Source: the human T2T-CHM13v2.0 reference genome, Homo sapiens
Reading direction: 5' to 3' (one strand)
Assembly (NCBI RefSeq): GCF_009914755.1
Contig: NC_060925.1
Length of the DNA: 64,000 nucleotides
Every line of letters begins with the position of its first letter. Positions within the stretch are counted from its first letter, which is position 1. The position numbers and the translations under genes are program-made. The notes below the pieces were generated by a model, which saw only the letters and a list, made by a program, of their open reading frames with translations, was not told where the DNA came from and searched no databases. Positions 41,431 through 54,234 of this stretch are shown piece by piece.

Positions 41431-42861
41431 GGATTATCCTTTATTTAGTGAGCATAAATTCATGGACATAATCTTCATTAAGAGATGTGGTTATGGTCCC
41501 TTACCAGCAAAGAGTTTGCATGACAGTGAAACCATATTAGATATCTTTGGTGTGGGTGGATTGTTCAGCAACAGCAGAAGCTCAGTTGCTGCTCAACTGA
41601 TTGTTGAAGTTTGACAGCATCCCCCAGTCAAGGTTGATGCTAAGGTCTGACTACTTGCTCAAAGAACATTCTGTTTATGTAGAGACACCAGGTTCTCTGA
41701 CACCTATTTGTAAATAATAAATGTTAGAAAATAACTAAAATTATTGAATCGATAAAAATAAAAATTCTAAATTGAGGTAGAACAGCACAATTGTTAGTGG
41801 AATGTATATATATATTGTTAATACATTTAATATGTTACCATATATTCAAATATATCTGTTTCTAATTGTCAGTCCAATTGAATATACATACACACATGTA
41901 TGCACAGACATATACACATTGTATATATTATATAAAATACTTATAGGTATGTATACATTCCTAGATGATTTTCTAGTTTTTTAGCCTAGTAGTAAATCAT
42001 TCATGGAGATTTTGGGAAGCAGTACAATATAAATTCCAAGCATGAATCTTAGGAATTTGGCTAAAGCTGACTCATGGAAAAATTCTGTGATGAAATTAAA
42101 AGGTTTGGGAAAACATTAGAGCAATGCAAGTAAGAGTACACAAATTAACAGATTTATTTAATAAAGAAATTTTATGATGTTGATTGATGTAGAAGAAAAG
42201 ACATATTATACTGTAATATCATTGGAACAGCCTAATGCTTAAGGAAGTTCTTCTCAAGGATACAGGAATGGAAATAAATCACTCAATTGTACACCTCTTG
42301 AAGTCCAAATTGAAATATTAAGACATAAGAATCATTGCATTTTGAACAATGTAGTAGCACAGAATATTCTATAACAACATGCTCTGTAAGGTTTATGTAT
42401 ATAACCTGATCAATATAGGATTTTGAAGTAGTCAGATGAACAAAGAGAAAAATGCATAAGCAAATGTTGTAATACTAACTTTTCACTGCTTTAAAATGCC
42501 TGGAAAATGAAACAAATATGAATATTTAAAATGATTTTTAATAGCTTTCAAATATCTTTTCCCACTGTTCCACATAGAAATAGTAGCAATTACTATTTAT
42601 ATTGTGCTAAGCATTAATGGTTTGGTTTATCATTTGATCAATATAGTAGACAAGTGGGCTTAGTTTGTTGAGGACAAAGACAGGTCTTATCCTGGACTTA
42701 GTGTTATCTTACCACTGGGTTCAGTGAATAGGAAATGATGAGTGTATTTTTGATGGATTAATAAACATTTCAGTCTCCAATTGTAAATACCTGCTTTTGA
42801 ACACCAAATCAACCTTTTAAAGCAACATGAATTATCTCTGTTGTAGATGAACATGTTTTCA

Positions 42862-43451
42862 TGTATTAGTCCATTTTGTGTTGATATAAAGGAATACTGG
42901 AGGCTGGGTAATTTATGAAGGGAAAAAGGTTTATTTGGCTCATGATTCTAATGGCTGGAAAGCTCAAAATTGTGTTCATGCATCTGGTGAGGATCTCAAG
43001 CTGCTTCCACTCATGGCAGAAGGTGAAGGGGAGCTGGGATGTGCAGAGATCACTTGGTGAGAGAGGAACCAAGACAGAGAGGGCAAGGTGCCAGGCTCTG
43101 TTTAACAACTAGTTGGGGCTGGGTGCGCTGGCTCATGCCTGTAATCCCAGCACTTTGGGAGGCCCAGGTGAGTGGATCACTTGAGGTCAGGTGTTCAAGA
43201 CCAGCTTGGCCAACATGGTGAAACCCCATCTCTAAAAAATAACAAAACAAAACAAACAAACAAACAAACAAAAAAGCAACTAGTTGTTTCAGGAACTAAT
43301 AAAGAATTCACTCACCCTCAAGGGGGGCATTAATATATTCATGAGGAATCTGCCTCCATGACCCAAACATCTCCCACTAGACTCTATCTCTGACATTGAG
43401 GATCAAATTTCAACATGAAGTTTGGAGGGTACAAACATCCAAACCATAGCA
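42862..43451 (-). mobile_element. MSTB-like MaLR solo LTR, split by an Alu monomer
   Basis: tgtattagtccattttgtgttgatataaaggaatac...caaacatccaaaccatagca. Confidence 0.9.
43117..43275 (+). mobile_element. AluS left monomer only, with (CAAA)n tail
   Basis: S-type gaggtcagg and ggccaacatggtgaaacccc; TSD caactagttg at 43106-43115 and 43277-43286. Confidence 0.9.
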
Positions 43452-43599
43452 AACACCAAATCCAATTTTAGGTATTTAAATTGCTTTGGTTTTATATAAA
43501 CACCTCTGAATTTGTTGTCTGAGTTAACTCTTGTACATTGAACAAGTGAGTCAGTGAATTTCAAGATCTGTACTTGTGCTGTATAGTCTGCCATATCCA

Positions 43600-43810
43600 A
43601 CAGTAACAGCAGTTAAGAGCATGGACTTAAGAGTTAGAGTAATGTTAGTTTAAATCCCAACTCTGGCACTTAATAGCTGCAAGACCTTTGGAAGGTTACT
43701 TGTCTCTAGGCCTGAGTTTCTTCATTTGTAAAATGGGGATAATAAGAGTATCTATTTAATAAGGTTGGTGAGAAAATAAAATGGGTTAATGCATGTGAAA
43801 CAACACTTCT
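43600..43810 (+). mobile_element. MIR SINE
   Basis: gttaagagcatggact...aaatcccaactctggcactt...gtttcttcatttgtaaaatggggataata. Confidence 0.85.
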
Positions 43811-43889
43811 TAAAAGACATTTTTACACTGTCATTTCCCCTTCTTAAACTTCATTCATTCTTTTTTTTAAAAAAATTATGATTAACACA

Positions 43890-44600
43890 ATAATTTCATT
43901 TACTCTTAAACCAGTTCTAATCTGGCTTCTATCCCCATTGAAGCTACTCTTGTTAATTTCACTAATAACCTTCATATTGTATTTATGTAGATTTCTGTTT
44001 GTTTCTATTGTGTTAATATCTTAATGGCCTTCCTCTCTTATCTTCACCTCTCCCAGGGTTATCTCACTTTTTCCTATGTCTTTGATTACTGTCTGCATAT
44101 CAGTAATGTTGAAGTGTATGTCTCCATATCAAGTCTCTCACTTGACTTTCAGATTCAAATATCTAGCCGCTTATCTGGTATTTCCATTTGAGTGTCTCCT
44201 CATAGGCTTCTCGAATTTATAAATTCCAAAACAGAACCCTTGATATACTTGTACCCAGGTCTGGACCTATCTTCCCTATCTTAATAAATGGTATTACTTC
44301 CTGCCCAGTTATGAAATCTACAAATGTGGGAATTACACTTCCTTTTCCTTTTTCTTTACCTCTCATACAGTTCTGTCATTAGTACCTCCAAAACTCCTTT
44401 GATATCTAGCCATTCTTCATTATTGACATGGCTGTCACTTTAGTCTATTATCTCTCCTGTGATTTCTATACAGTCTCCAACATCAGTAGATATATTCTGA
44501 GGCCTGCATCTCATCCAAATGCTGGATTTTAATGACACTTTCCCCTTCTTATTACTTAAATTAAATGAAACCTATAGACCTTAGAATGAAAACTAATGAT
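43890..44600 (+). mobile_element. L2 fragment
   Basis: tctggcttctatcccc...ctcttgttaatttcactaataacc; tcttccctatcttaataaatgg. Confidence 0.6.
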
Positions 44601-46077
44601 ATAACCTACATTCCTTTAGTTTAGGTGCAAATGTTATGCTTACAATCTAAATATGTTATTGGAATTTAATAACATATTTTTAAAGAATTTGTGGATTAGT
44701 TGTACTTATGCAGGCCAGACACCAAATGCCTGGCTTCTCTCCATAGGACTAAGCATGACACCCAGCTAGGCCCATAAAACAAGGTTTCTTTGGCAGTGTC
44801 TCCAGGGCAGTTAGAGCCAACAAGACATTCGTTTTGACCATGCTGCTTCTGTTGCACCTGCAAAGACTCTGGATCAGTTGTTATTCCTCCCCTGACCACA
44901 TAACCAGACTATTTGGAAAACTCTAGGCTCACAGAATGGTGGCCATCTTCCTTCTCTGTCAAATGTATGGGCTATCCCAGGCCCTGCTCCAGCCTCTCTC
45001 CTTTCCTTCTCACTAGTTCTAGGGAGAAGTCAGGAAGAACTAAGGCTGGCTCTTTGTTGACCCCTCTCTTGGGAGTCTGCACTCTCTGTGTAAAGTCTCC
45101 TATAACTAGAGAAATAAATTTTCTCTTTTTCCATCTTTAGAATTAGAAAATGATCTATAATCAAGTAAGCATATCTTCTAATTAGTCTCTCTGATTTTGA
45201 TTTTGCTCCTGCCAATCCAGTTTTTTACACAGCAGCCAGAAAATTGAGTTTTAATAAACTTTAGAATTTGAAATATGCATAGTGAAGAACACACAAATCC
45301 TAACTTGATAAGTTATCACAAAGTAATCACTATTCAATTCGAGAAATAGAGTATAACTATTAGAGAGATGTTGTGATGAAAACTGCCTCCAGCTTGGCAG
45401 AAAGCTAAATTTCGGAAGGTGCATAGTATAATGGAAAGAAAATAAAAAACTAGGGTGTGAAGACCTAGACTTGAGACCCAATTCTATGACTTGCTTTCCA
45501 ACCTTTCTCATAATACAGCACAAGCAAAAAATTGTAGTGTTCAGACTGGGGTAAACGGACCAGCTTTCTTGAGGCCAGAATCAACTAGCCCATTATTTTG
45601 GCTGCTATAGACCTCTTCCAGCTGAAGAATAGGGATCACTATTTTGCCACAGCTTCATGGCATGCCAGCATGCCATGGCACAGCCTTTGGGAAGCTCTGA
45701 CATAACCTATGGTTTTGTATTAATGCACACATTTCTTAACTGAAGTTATCTTCAAGTTCCTTCTCTGTAAAATAACAAAACACACTTCACTGGTAGTTGT
45801 GAAATTCATAGATGATTCTTTTTTAAAAAATGCCAGAGTATATATAATATTAACTATTCTAATAACTTGTCGTGGAAGATAATTTGACGTTGACAACTCA
45901 CATGTGATGTTAAGGAATTGCTTAAGAAGCTAGATAGACGTGTTTGGGGTGGTAATGTGCAAATACCATTACCTTATTATATTTTTATTTGGCTTATACC
46001 TTGGTATCTTTCTATGTCAGATGAGCTAGCATGAGACTTCCTATAAGGTCCTTGTTTGAACTTCACAGTTCAAACTA

Positions 46078-46408
46078 TGCTATGGTCTTAATATGTACCC
46101 TAAAATTCACATGCTGACACTTAATCATCGATATGATGATAGAAAGAAGTGGGGCTTTCAGGATGTGATTAAGTTATAAGAACTGAGCCCTCATGAATAG
46201 GATTAATGATCTTATAAAAGACATGTGAGGGAGTTGCCTTTTTTCCCTTTGTTCCTTCCACCATATGAGGGCACAGTGTTTGTTTCCTCATGGAGAATGT
46301 AACAACAAAGGGCCATCCTGGAAGCAGAAAGACCGGATCCTCACCAGACACTGAACTTGCCAGTGCCTTGATCTTGGATTTTCCAGCCTCCAGAGCTGTG
46401 AGAAATAA
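46078..46408 (+). mobile_element. MST/MLT1A-type MaLR LTR, 3'-truncated and followed by a MIR fragment (~46415-46560)
   Basis: tgctatggtcttaatatgtaccc...gccctcatgaataggattaat...ccagcctccagagctgtgagaaataa. Confidence 0.85.
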
Positions 46409-47094
46409 CCATAAGAAAGTTACTGAGCCTCAGTTTCTTTTGTGAAATGGGGAAAATGATAGTACCTCTTTTATGAGATTATTGTGAGGCTTAGATGAGT
46501 TATTGCATGCAGCAAACATTGTGTCTTGCACATTTGAGCACAAGATGATAGCAATAATCATGACTCATCATAGCACTCTTCCTGTCAGTCCTTAAAGTTC
46601 ATGCTGGCTTTTTTGTATTTTTCATTTTAAAATTGATTGTTTCCTACACAGTGTGCAGTGTACAATGAAGGGAGCAGAATTTACTGACAGTATTCTGCTC
46701 TGATTTCATTGAAAATCTATAGCTTTTGGCAAGGTATCCCAAACGCTGACTGGTAGACAATCTCACTCTGATTCAGAGGTTTTAACAACATCTTTAGTGG
46801 ATTACATACTTCCTGTACAATACTTTTTGTTGGTAATTTAAAAAAATTAGACTGAGAGACTTATGTTCAAATATCCTTGGGTCTTTTATGATTGTTTTGA
46901 GTTACCTGATGGCAGAAAAGTTCTAAGCACTATCTCACTATTAGTTTGGAATTATACTGGTTACTGATGATCACATCTTTAATGGATGGAACATATGGGC
47001 ATGATTCTGTACAAGAGCTTCTGGGGAACCATTTCAGGTGTAGAAAGTAGAGTTAATATACTCCATTTCATATCATATCTTTGTAATAGGTCAA

Positions 47095-48010
47095 AGTCCA
47101 TATTTTTATTTTATTTCATTTTATAATTTTAATTTCTTCCAATCATCCAGATTACTTTTCTCATTTTTCTCCTTACCCCATTATAGGAATCATGTAACGC
47201 ATTTGCTAAGTGTCCTTAAATACTCATACATTTGTATAAAATATACTTCTGTGTTTTTAATTTATGTAATGATAGTGGGCTATAAATCTTGTTCTATATC
47301 TTACTTTTTTAAAACTCAATACGCTCTTAAGATTTATCCACATTTGTCTACATACATCTATTACTCTATCTATAGGACATAACCACCACCACATCATATT
47401 ATCAAATCTCCTAATGATGGGCACCAAAGTTGCCATCAGTTCCCTATAACACAAACAGCTTCACAGTTTATATCCTCATACATGTTCCTATTCAGGCCAG
47501 TTTAAGCATTTTTCTGGCAAATATATTGGGAATAATATTGTTGCATCAAAGGGCAAATCATGTACATACTTAATTTCCTAGCAAATAAAGCATGCTTTCC
47601 AGAATGGCTGCACATTTTTACATATCCACCAGTAGCATTCAATCTACTTCATATTTAAATAGCTATTTAGGGTTCTTTTTCTGTAAATTGCCTAACATCT
47701 TCTTTGCCTATTTTTTCTTTTGATTTTTTTTTCTGTTTACTTTTGTTGATTAGCAGGTATTCTTTAAATATATTTTAAATATTAGTCCCTTATCAGTTTT
47801 AGACATTGCAAACATCATCTCTTAGTCTTTCCATTATCTATTAAATTTGATATTCTTTGTTGAGAGAACTTTGTGTATGTTCCTTTGTTGAACTGAAATC
47901 CTTAATTTGGATGCCATCAAAACTATTTTAACATATGTCTTGGGTTTTGTTGGTTTCCTAAGAAGACCATTTCTAGTATACAAAGTTATTTTTCTACATT
48001 TAAAAAATTT
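47095..48010 (-). mobile_element. Old L1ME-like 3' region
   Basis: tttccagaatggctgcacatttttacatatccaccagtagc; ttctgtaaattgcct. Confidence 0.65.
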
Positions 48011-48327
48011 AACATTGGACGTTACAAGGACAAAATTATTAGTTGTAAATAATTGAATCTATATTATAGAATGAATTATGCATTAGTTCTGTATTAGTTT
48101 GCTAAAGTTGCCATAACAAAATACCACAGACTGGTGGCAGGGCCATGCTGCTTTTTCTTCACTCCCCACCTTTCCTCTGTAGGTTAGCTCATCTAGTCCC
48201 ATATAGTCCAAACGTTAACGATTTCTAAATTTATATCTTTTGTCCCTGTTTCCTTTAAACTCTAAAGACATGTGCCCATTTGTGTCTCCCTACCTTTTAA
48301 CAACTTAAACCATTTTTTGAAGTACTT

Positions 48328-48399
48328 TCTATCTATCTATCTATCTGTCTGTCTGTCTATCTATCATCTATCTATCTGTCTATCTATCATCTATCCATC
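48328..48399. repeat. (TCTA/TCTG)n microsatellite, left part
   Basis: Directly visible. Confidence 0.95.
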
Positions 48400-48768
48400 T
48401 GATATGGTTTGGCTGTGTCTTCATCCAAATCTCACTTTGCATTGTAGTTCCCATAATTCCTACTTGTTGTGGGAGGGAACTGGTGGGAGACAATTGAATC
48501 ATGGGGGTGGTTTCCCCCGTACTGTTCTCATGGTAGTGAATAAGTCTCAAGAGATCTGATGGTTTTATAACGGGAAACCCCTTTTGCTTGATTTTCATTA
48601 TGTCTTGTCTGCTGGCATGTAAGACGTGCCTTTTACCTTCCACTGTGATTGTGAGGCCTCCCCAGTCACGTGGAACTGTGAGTCTATTAAACTTCTTTTT
48701 TAAAATAAATTACCCAGTCTTGGGTGCTTGGGTATGTCTTTATCAGTAGTGTGAAAATGGACTAATAC

Positions 48769-48769
<1 letters not shown>
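48400..48769 (+). mobile_element. THE1 (THE1C-like) solo LTR
   Basis: tgatatggtttggctgtgtc...gtgaaaatggactaatac; TSD ccatc/ctatc. Confidence 0.93.
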
Positions 48770-48818
<49 letters not shown>

Positions 48819-48827
48819 ATCTATCTA
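48770..48827. repeat. (CTAT)n microsatellite, right part (~12 pure units)
   Basis: Directly visible. Confidence 0.95.
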
Positions 48828-49165
48828 CTGGTTAATTTTATGTATCAACTTAAGTGGGCCATGGCGTATCTAGATTAAACATTGTTTCTGTGTGTATCTG
48901 TCAAGTTGTTTCTGGGTGAGATTAGCATTTGAATTTGACTCAATAAAGTGATTGCCCTCCCCAGTGTGATCAGTGTTATTCAATCCATGAGGGCCTGAAT
49001 ACAACAAAAGGTAGAAGAAGAAGGAATTAGCCCCCATTTTCCCTGCCTCACTGTTTGAGCTAGAACATCTCTTCTCATCTTCTCTTGTCCTTAGATTTGG
49101 ATTTATATCATTGGCTCTCCTGGTTTTCATGCCTATGGACTTGCACTAAATTAACAACACCACCA
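48828..49165 (+). mobile_element. MLT2 (ERVL) LTR fragment
   Basis: tggttaattttatgtatcaactt...gagattagcatttgaat...caatccatgagggcctgaata. Confidence 0.8.
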
Positions 49166-49325
49166 GCAGCAGTGGTTCTCCTGTGCAGCCTGTCACCACT
49201 GGAACGTTCCTGTGTATAAGCTCCCCCGATAAACCCTATGTCTTGTTCACTGTCCCCAGGTCTCTTCTTCAGCCTCTCAGACATGATGGTGCCATCCCTA
49301 TTGGAGTCAATAGGGGTCCAGCACA
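49166..49325 (+). mobile_element. ERVL LTR 3' fragment (MER73/74-like)
   Basis: gataaaccctatgtc...ggagtcaataggggtccagcaca. Confidence 0.4.
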
Positions 49326-49334
49326 CCTTTCTCT

Positions 49335-49720
49335 ACTCTTTTGATGACTTTTTCATATGATCTAGGAAACAGAATCAATTAGAAGAAAATTTCACAAACT
49401 CCCACCACCACATCTTCCCACTGACTGCATCTGTTCTCTTTGCTCCTTTTACCAGAGATGAACTGTCCATCCTCCTGTCAAAGGTGAATCTGCCTTCCTT
49501 GCATTAGGTATCCCTCCCATCTGCCTACTCAAGGAATTGCACCAGTGATTTGCTACTGTTCTACTCTACTGTCATTTTTCCCAGGCTTTGTGGCATTATC
49601 TTGACATAAGAACTTGCTGCTGTTTTTTCCACTAAAAATAGGAAGAAAACTCTCACCTCTATTGAGGACTCATTCCTCTTCTGCTGCTGTACCTTATTTT
49701 CATTGCATCATTGCAGAGCA
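49335..49720 (+). mobile_element. L2 fragment
   Basis: gatgaactgtccatcctcctgtcaaagg...cccatctgcctactcaagga. Confidence 0.6.
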
Positions 49721-49879
49721 TAGAGGTGACCCTGGGGGAGGGGCCTGGGTGGAGGCTGTGTGTGTATGGGAACTGGGGAGCTTGAGTAGGCAGCTATAAT
49801 ATTTATCTACTAGCATGAAAGTATTTCCATATTTTAAGAACTAGAGCTCTGATGCTGGTGCATGCAAGGAAATATCAGT

Positions 49880-50040
49880 GCTAGAGGTAGTACTTTATTG
49901 TCCCCCAATTTGCAGTCAAGGAAATCAAGGCACAGAGAGATTAAGAAATTTGCTTAAAGTCACAATGAATTTGTGGCACATCTAGAGTTAAACCAGGAAT
50001 GTTGGTGCCAGGGCTTGTGCTCTTACCCAATGTGTAATAC
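49880..50040 (-). mobile_element. MIR SINE
   Basis: ggaaatcaaggcacagagagattaagaaatttgcttaaagtcaca. Confidence 0.75.
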
Positions 50041-50914
50041 AACTTCATAAAGAGGTACTCTGCTTATTGGCCCCAATGGGCAGTGTAGGGATTTCAGTGG
50101 AAGGGAGATCAATGGATTGTTCTGCCTGTTTGTTTTTCCATCCCAGGTGACATTATAAGTAACTAAGTTGTTCAAGTGACTTCCATAAACCATGAAGCAG
50201 AGAATTGCAATAGAAGCTATCTTGGTATATATATTTTTTAGTTTGTAAAATTATGAAATGTTATTTCTGTATTATGTATTTTTTATGGAAACTGGGTGAC
50301 TTAGAAATGAGAAAAAGTTATAACAGTGTTTAATGAAATTGTGATGTGAGAAATGTCATGAATATATAAAACATATAAAAATATAATAGGCATATTATAA
50401 AATTTATGTATAAAATACACAAAATTATAAAGTGAGAAAATGTTATGAGTACATAAGTGACACATCATAAAATGTGTAATGGTAAGCAATAATTGTACTC
50501 TAAGTTTTGCTAGATTATTTAATTACTTTAACTTTGATCCCACACTGGTTTTATGAGATATGAGAGTTTGGCTACTATGTGTGAGGTCAAGATCCAGGTG
50601 AGGGTCAATTAATGTCCTAACTCATGGATTCCTATTATGAGAGAAGAAGAATTCAGTTTGTGTTTAGCACAATGTCTACTGGGTGTTCTATAAATATTTG
50701 GTCTAAGTACAAAGGATTGAAGATTTGGGATGAGCACAGAGAAAGATGAGTTAACATTTCTGGGGATAAAAAATGCACAAATTCTTCAGTGACGAAACTT
50801 CCGTACTTATATAAGTATTTTCTCATCTGATCACTACAGTTTTGTTAGAGTGAAATGGCGGTAGTAATACATCCCAGTTTCCTCTGATATCTTTGCTGTG
50901 AAGTCAGTCAGCAG

Positions 50915-51155
50915 AATTTGATTAAGAATGTGGGCTCTAGATCATTGCGGCTTGAATTTTCTCTCAACTTACAACTTACTAACTTTGAGAACTTGGACAA
51001 TTTACTTCTTTGCAATTCAGTTTCCTCATCTGCAATATTGGGATAATAGTATCTGCCTCATAGTTCTGTCATGAGGATAAAATGTGTTTGTGAGTTAATG
51101 TGTGTGAAGTACTTAACAGTGTGTGGACCTTTAGTAGTAAGTGCTAAAAAATGTT
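50915..51155 (+). mobile_element. MIR SINE
   Basis: ttaagaatgtgggctctag...tcagtttcctcatctgcaatattgggataatag. Confidence 0.8.
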
Positions 51156-51571
51156 GATTACTTCTGAAAGTCCAAGCATGCTGATGACAAAATAAAGTTT
51201 ACTTTACTGATGAAAACAGGGAATCTTAAGAGTTGTCAAAGTGTACAATATTCCTCGAGAACCGTTATTAAATATCTAATGAATGATTAGCAGAAAAAAA
51301 GACTTTCATTTTATGCTCTCATTTAATGGGATCTAGTCATTGTCATTTTGTTTATTACAGGGCATGAGATCAAGACTGAGTGTAAAGCAGAGGTGGCTTG
51401 CTGTTCTGATGATCAAGGCTGTGCTTCACGACTTGTGTGGAGCTAATGAGGTGGTTTAAACGAGCTACTTCAACAGAATCATCATATTTAATTAATTTAT
51501 TTTATTTTAATTCATTAATTGTAATGAATTCTTTTCACTATTGCTTGAGAGAGAATGACATAAAACAATTG

Positions 51572-51767
51572 TTTTTTTAAAAATTATTATTATACTTTAA
51601 GTTTTAGGGTACATGTGCACAACGTGCAGGTTTGTTACATATGTATGCATGTGCCATGTTGGTGTGCTGCACCCATTAACTCGTCATTTAGCATTAGGTA
51701 TATCTCCTAATGCTATCCCTCCCCTCTCCCCCGACCCCACAACAGTCCCCGGTGTGTGATGTTCCCC
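51572..51767 (-). mobile_element. Young, severely 5'-truncated L1PA (L1PA2-4-like) 3'UTR
   Basis: ttattatactttaagttttagggtacatgtgcacaacgtgcagg...gtgtgtgatgttcccc; four CpGs retained. Confidence 0.92.
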
Positions 51768-51934
51768 AATGTCAAGTGTATGTTGCAGCAGAGCAGTATT
51801 GGAACTGTTCTCATCATAAATTCAAATGTACCCATCAGCCACAGCTCTCTCAGCCACAGACAGTTATTGGGTATCTCTCAATCCCCTACTTGTCCCCTCC
51901 AATGATGCATTTATTAATTTGCACCACTTGCATC

Positions 51935-52150
51935 ACTTGCTCTGTACAGCAGTCATTTGAGGTAGGTATTGCTGCCCATGTTCAATTGCTTAGAATGCAT
52001 CACATAATTTATTCTCTATAATAATACTAAGTAGGTATTTAAAAAATCCTTGTTAACATGAGAAATTTGAAGCTCACAGAAGTTAAATAGTGGGATTAGT
52101 TATCGGATCCAGATCTTTTATGACTCCAGCATTCCTAATCACCATTATAT
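51935..52150 (-). mobile_element. MIR fragments
   Basis: tttgaggtaggtattgctgccc; atgagaaatttgaagctcacagaagttaa. Confidence 0.55.
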
Positions 52151-52789
52151 ATTACATGTTATATCATGCTATACATATTAACATTATGGTATGTCTCCCC
52201 ATTTCCTAGGAATGTTTTTTCCATTCAAATAACTTACATTACCACTCCTTTGTTTGCCTATAACAACAATATGACTATTTTTCCCTTTTTTACAATGTCT
52301 ACTAGGAAGCTTAGATCCAAATATGAGGCTTAATTGTAGTAATGTTGATGAATTGCATGTTTAATCTTTCTTAGTCTTGGTATCTTACTCACTTATTTGT
52401 ATTTTGCCCAGGCTTGATTTTTAATTCTATCCTTGAATTTTCATTTTATCATTTGTTTTAATGCCTCCTTCAAGTCACACAGTCAGATCCTTTGTGGAAG
52501 ACGATGAATGGGTGAATAAGTATTTAAAGCATGTGTTCATAGCGTCATCAATTTTACAACAGGGTGGATTAAACATACGATAATTATGAATTAAAAGTGA
52601 CCTATGCTTCTGGTTGTTTCCACAAGTCATCAAGTCCCCAAAAATCAAGTGATAAATATATATTTTTTGAGAGTCAATATTGTGAATTATTATCTGGAAT
52701 AAACATCTTTAAGAGTGTGCTAAGTTTAACATGTCATTCAATAACTGTTTGCTGGCTAGTTAAACATTCTGAATTAAGAACTATAAATT

Positions 52790-54234
52790 CAGGCATATCT
52801 CATTTTATTGTGTTTTATGTTACTGCACTTTGCAGATATTGCATATTTAAAAAAATTGAATGTCTGTGGCAACCCTGTGTCAAAAATGCCTATTGCCATC
52901 ATTTTTGTCAATAGCACTGCTCAGTTCATGACTCTGTATCTCATTTTGGTATTTCTCACAATATTTCAAACTTTCTCATTATTATTATATCTTATGGTGA
53001 TCTCTGATCAATGATCTTTGATGTTATTATTGTAAACGTTCTGTGGTGCCACAAAGAGTGCCCTAAAATTAGTTGTGTCTAAAATTAGACCAATTAATAA
53101 CCCTATGATGGCTTCTAACTGTTTAGGTGAAGAGTTATTTTCTCTCACTTTAAATCAAAAGCTAGAGGTGATTAAGCTTGGTGACGAAGATATGTTGAAA
53201 GCTGAGCTAGTCTAGAAGTTAGGCCTCTTGTGCCAAACTGTTAGCCAACTTGTGAATACAAAGGAAAAGTTTTGAAGAAAATAAAAGTGCTACTTCAGTG
53301 AACACACAAATGATAAGAAAGCAAAAGAGCCTTATTGTTGACATGGAGAAAGTTTTAGTGGTCTGGATAGATCAAACCAGCCACAACATTCACATAAGCC
53401 ACAGCTTAACCTAGAGCAAGGCCCTAACTCTCCTCAATTCTATGAAGGTTGAGAGAGGTGAGGAAGCTGCAGAAGAAAAGTTGGAAGTTAGCAGAGGTTG
53501 GTTCATGAGGTTTATGGAAAGAAGCTGTCTCCATAACACAAAAGTGCAAGGTGAATCAGTAAGTGCTGATGGAGAAGCTGCAGCAAGTTACCCAGAAGAT
53601 CTAGCTAAGATCATTGATAGAAGTGGCTACACTAAACAATAGATTTTCAATGTAGACAAACAGCCTTCTATTGGAAGAAGATGCCATCTAGGACTTTCAC
53701 AGCTGGACAGGAGAAGTCAATGCCTGGTTTCAAAGCTTTAAAGTACAGGTTGACTATATTGTTAGGGGCTAATGCAGCTGGTGACTTTAAGATGAAGCCC
53801 AATGCTCATTTATCATTCTGAAAATCCTAGGTCCCTTAAGAATTATGCAAAATCTACTTTTTCTGTGATCTGTAAACAACAAAGCCTGGATGACAGCATA
53901 TTTGTTTACAGTGTCATTTACTGAGTATTTTAAGTCCATGGTTGAGACCTACTGGCAAGAAAAAAAGATTCCTTTCAAAATATTGCTGCCCATTGACAAT
54001 GCACACAGTAACTCAAGAGCTCCAATGGAGATATATACAAGGAGATGAATATTGTTTTCATACTTGCTAACACAACATACATTCTGCAGCCAATGGATCA
54101 AGAGGTAATTTCTACTTTTAAGTCTTATTATTTAAAAAATACATTTTGTAAGGCTATAGCAGACATCAACAGTGATTTCTCTGATGTATTTGGGCAAAGC
54201 CAAATGAAATCCTTTTGGAAAGGGTTCACTATTC
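52790..54234 (+). mobile_element. Tigger1 DNA transposon, 5' part with decayed pogo-family DDE transposase
   Basis: Left terminus caggcatatctc. ORF remnants [14 protein letters not shown] (CENP-B-type HTH) at 53442-53642 and [15 protein letters not shown] (catalytic region) from 54045. Confidence 0.95.

Noticed and set aside
44700-45130. Possible additional solo LTR (tg start, AATAAA, ca end)
   Set aside because: I could not match it to a family or find a TSD, so it is left uncalled.
45656-45677. p53 response element
   Set aside because: The CATG cores are not 10 bp apart and the RRR/YYY flanks do not fit.
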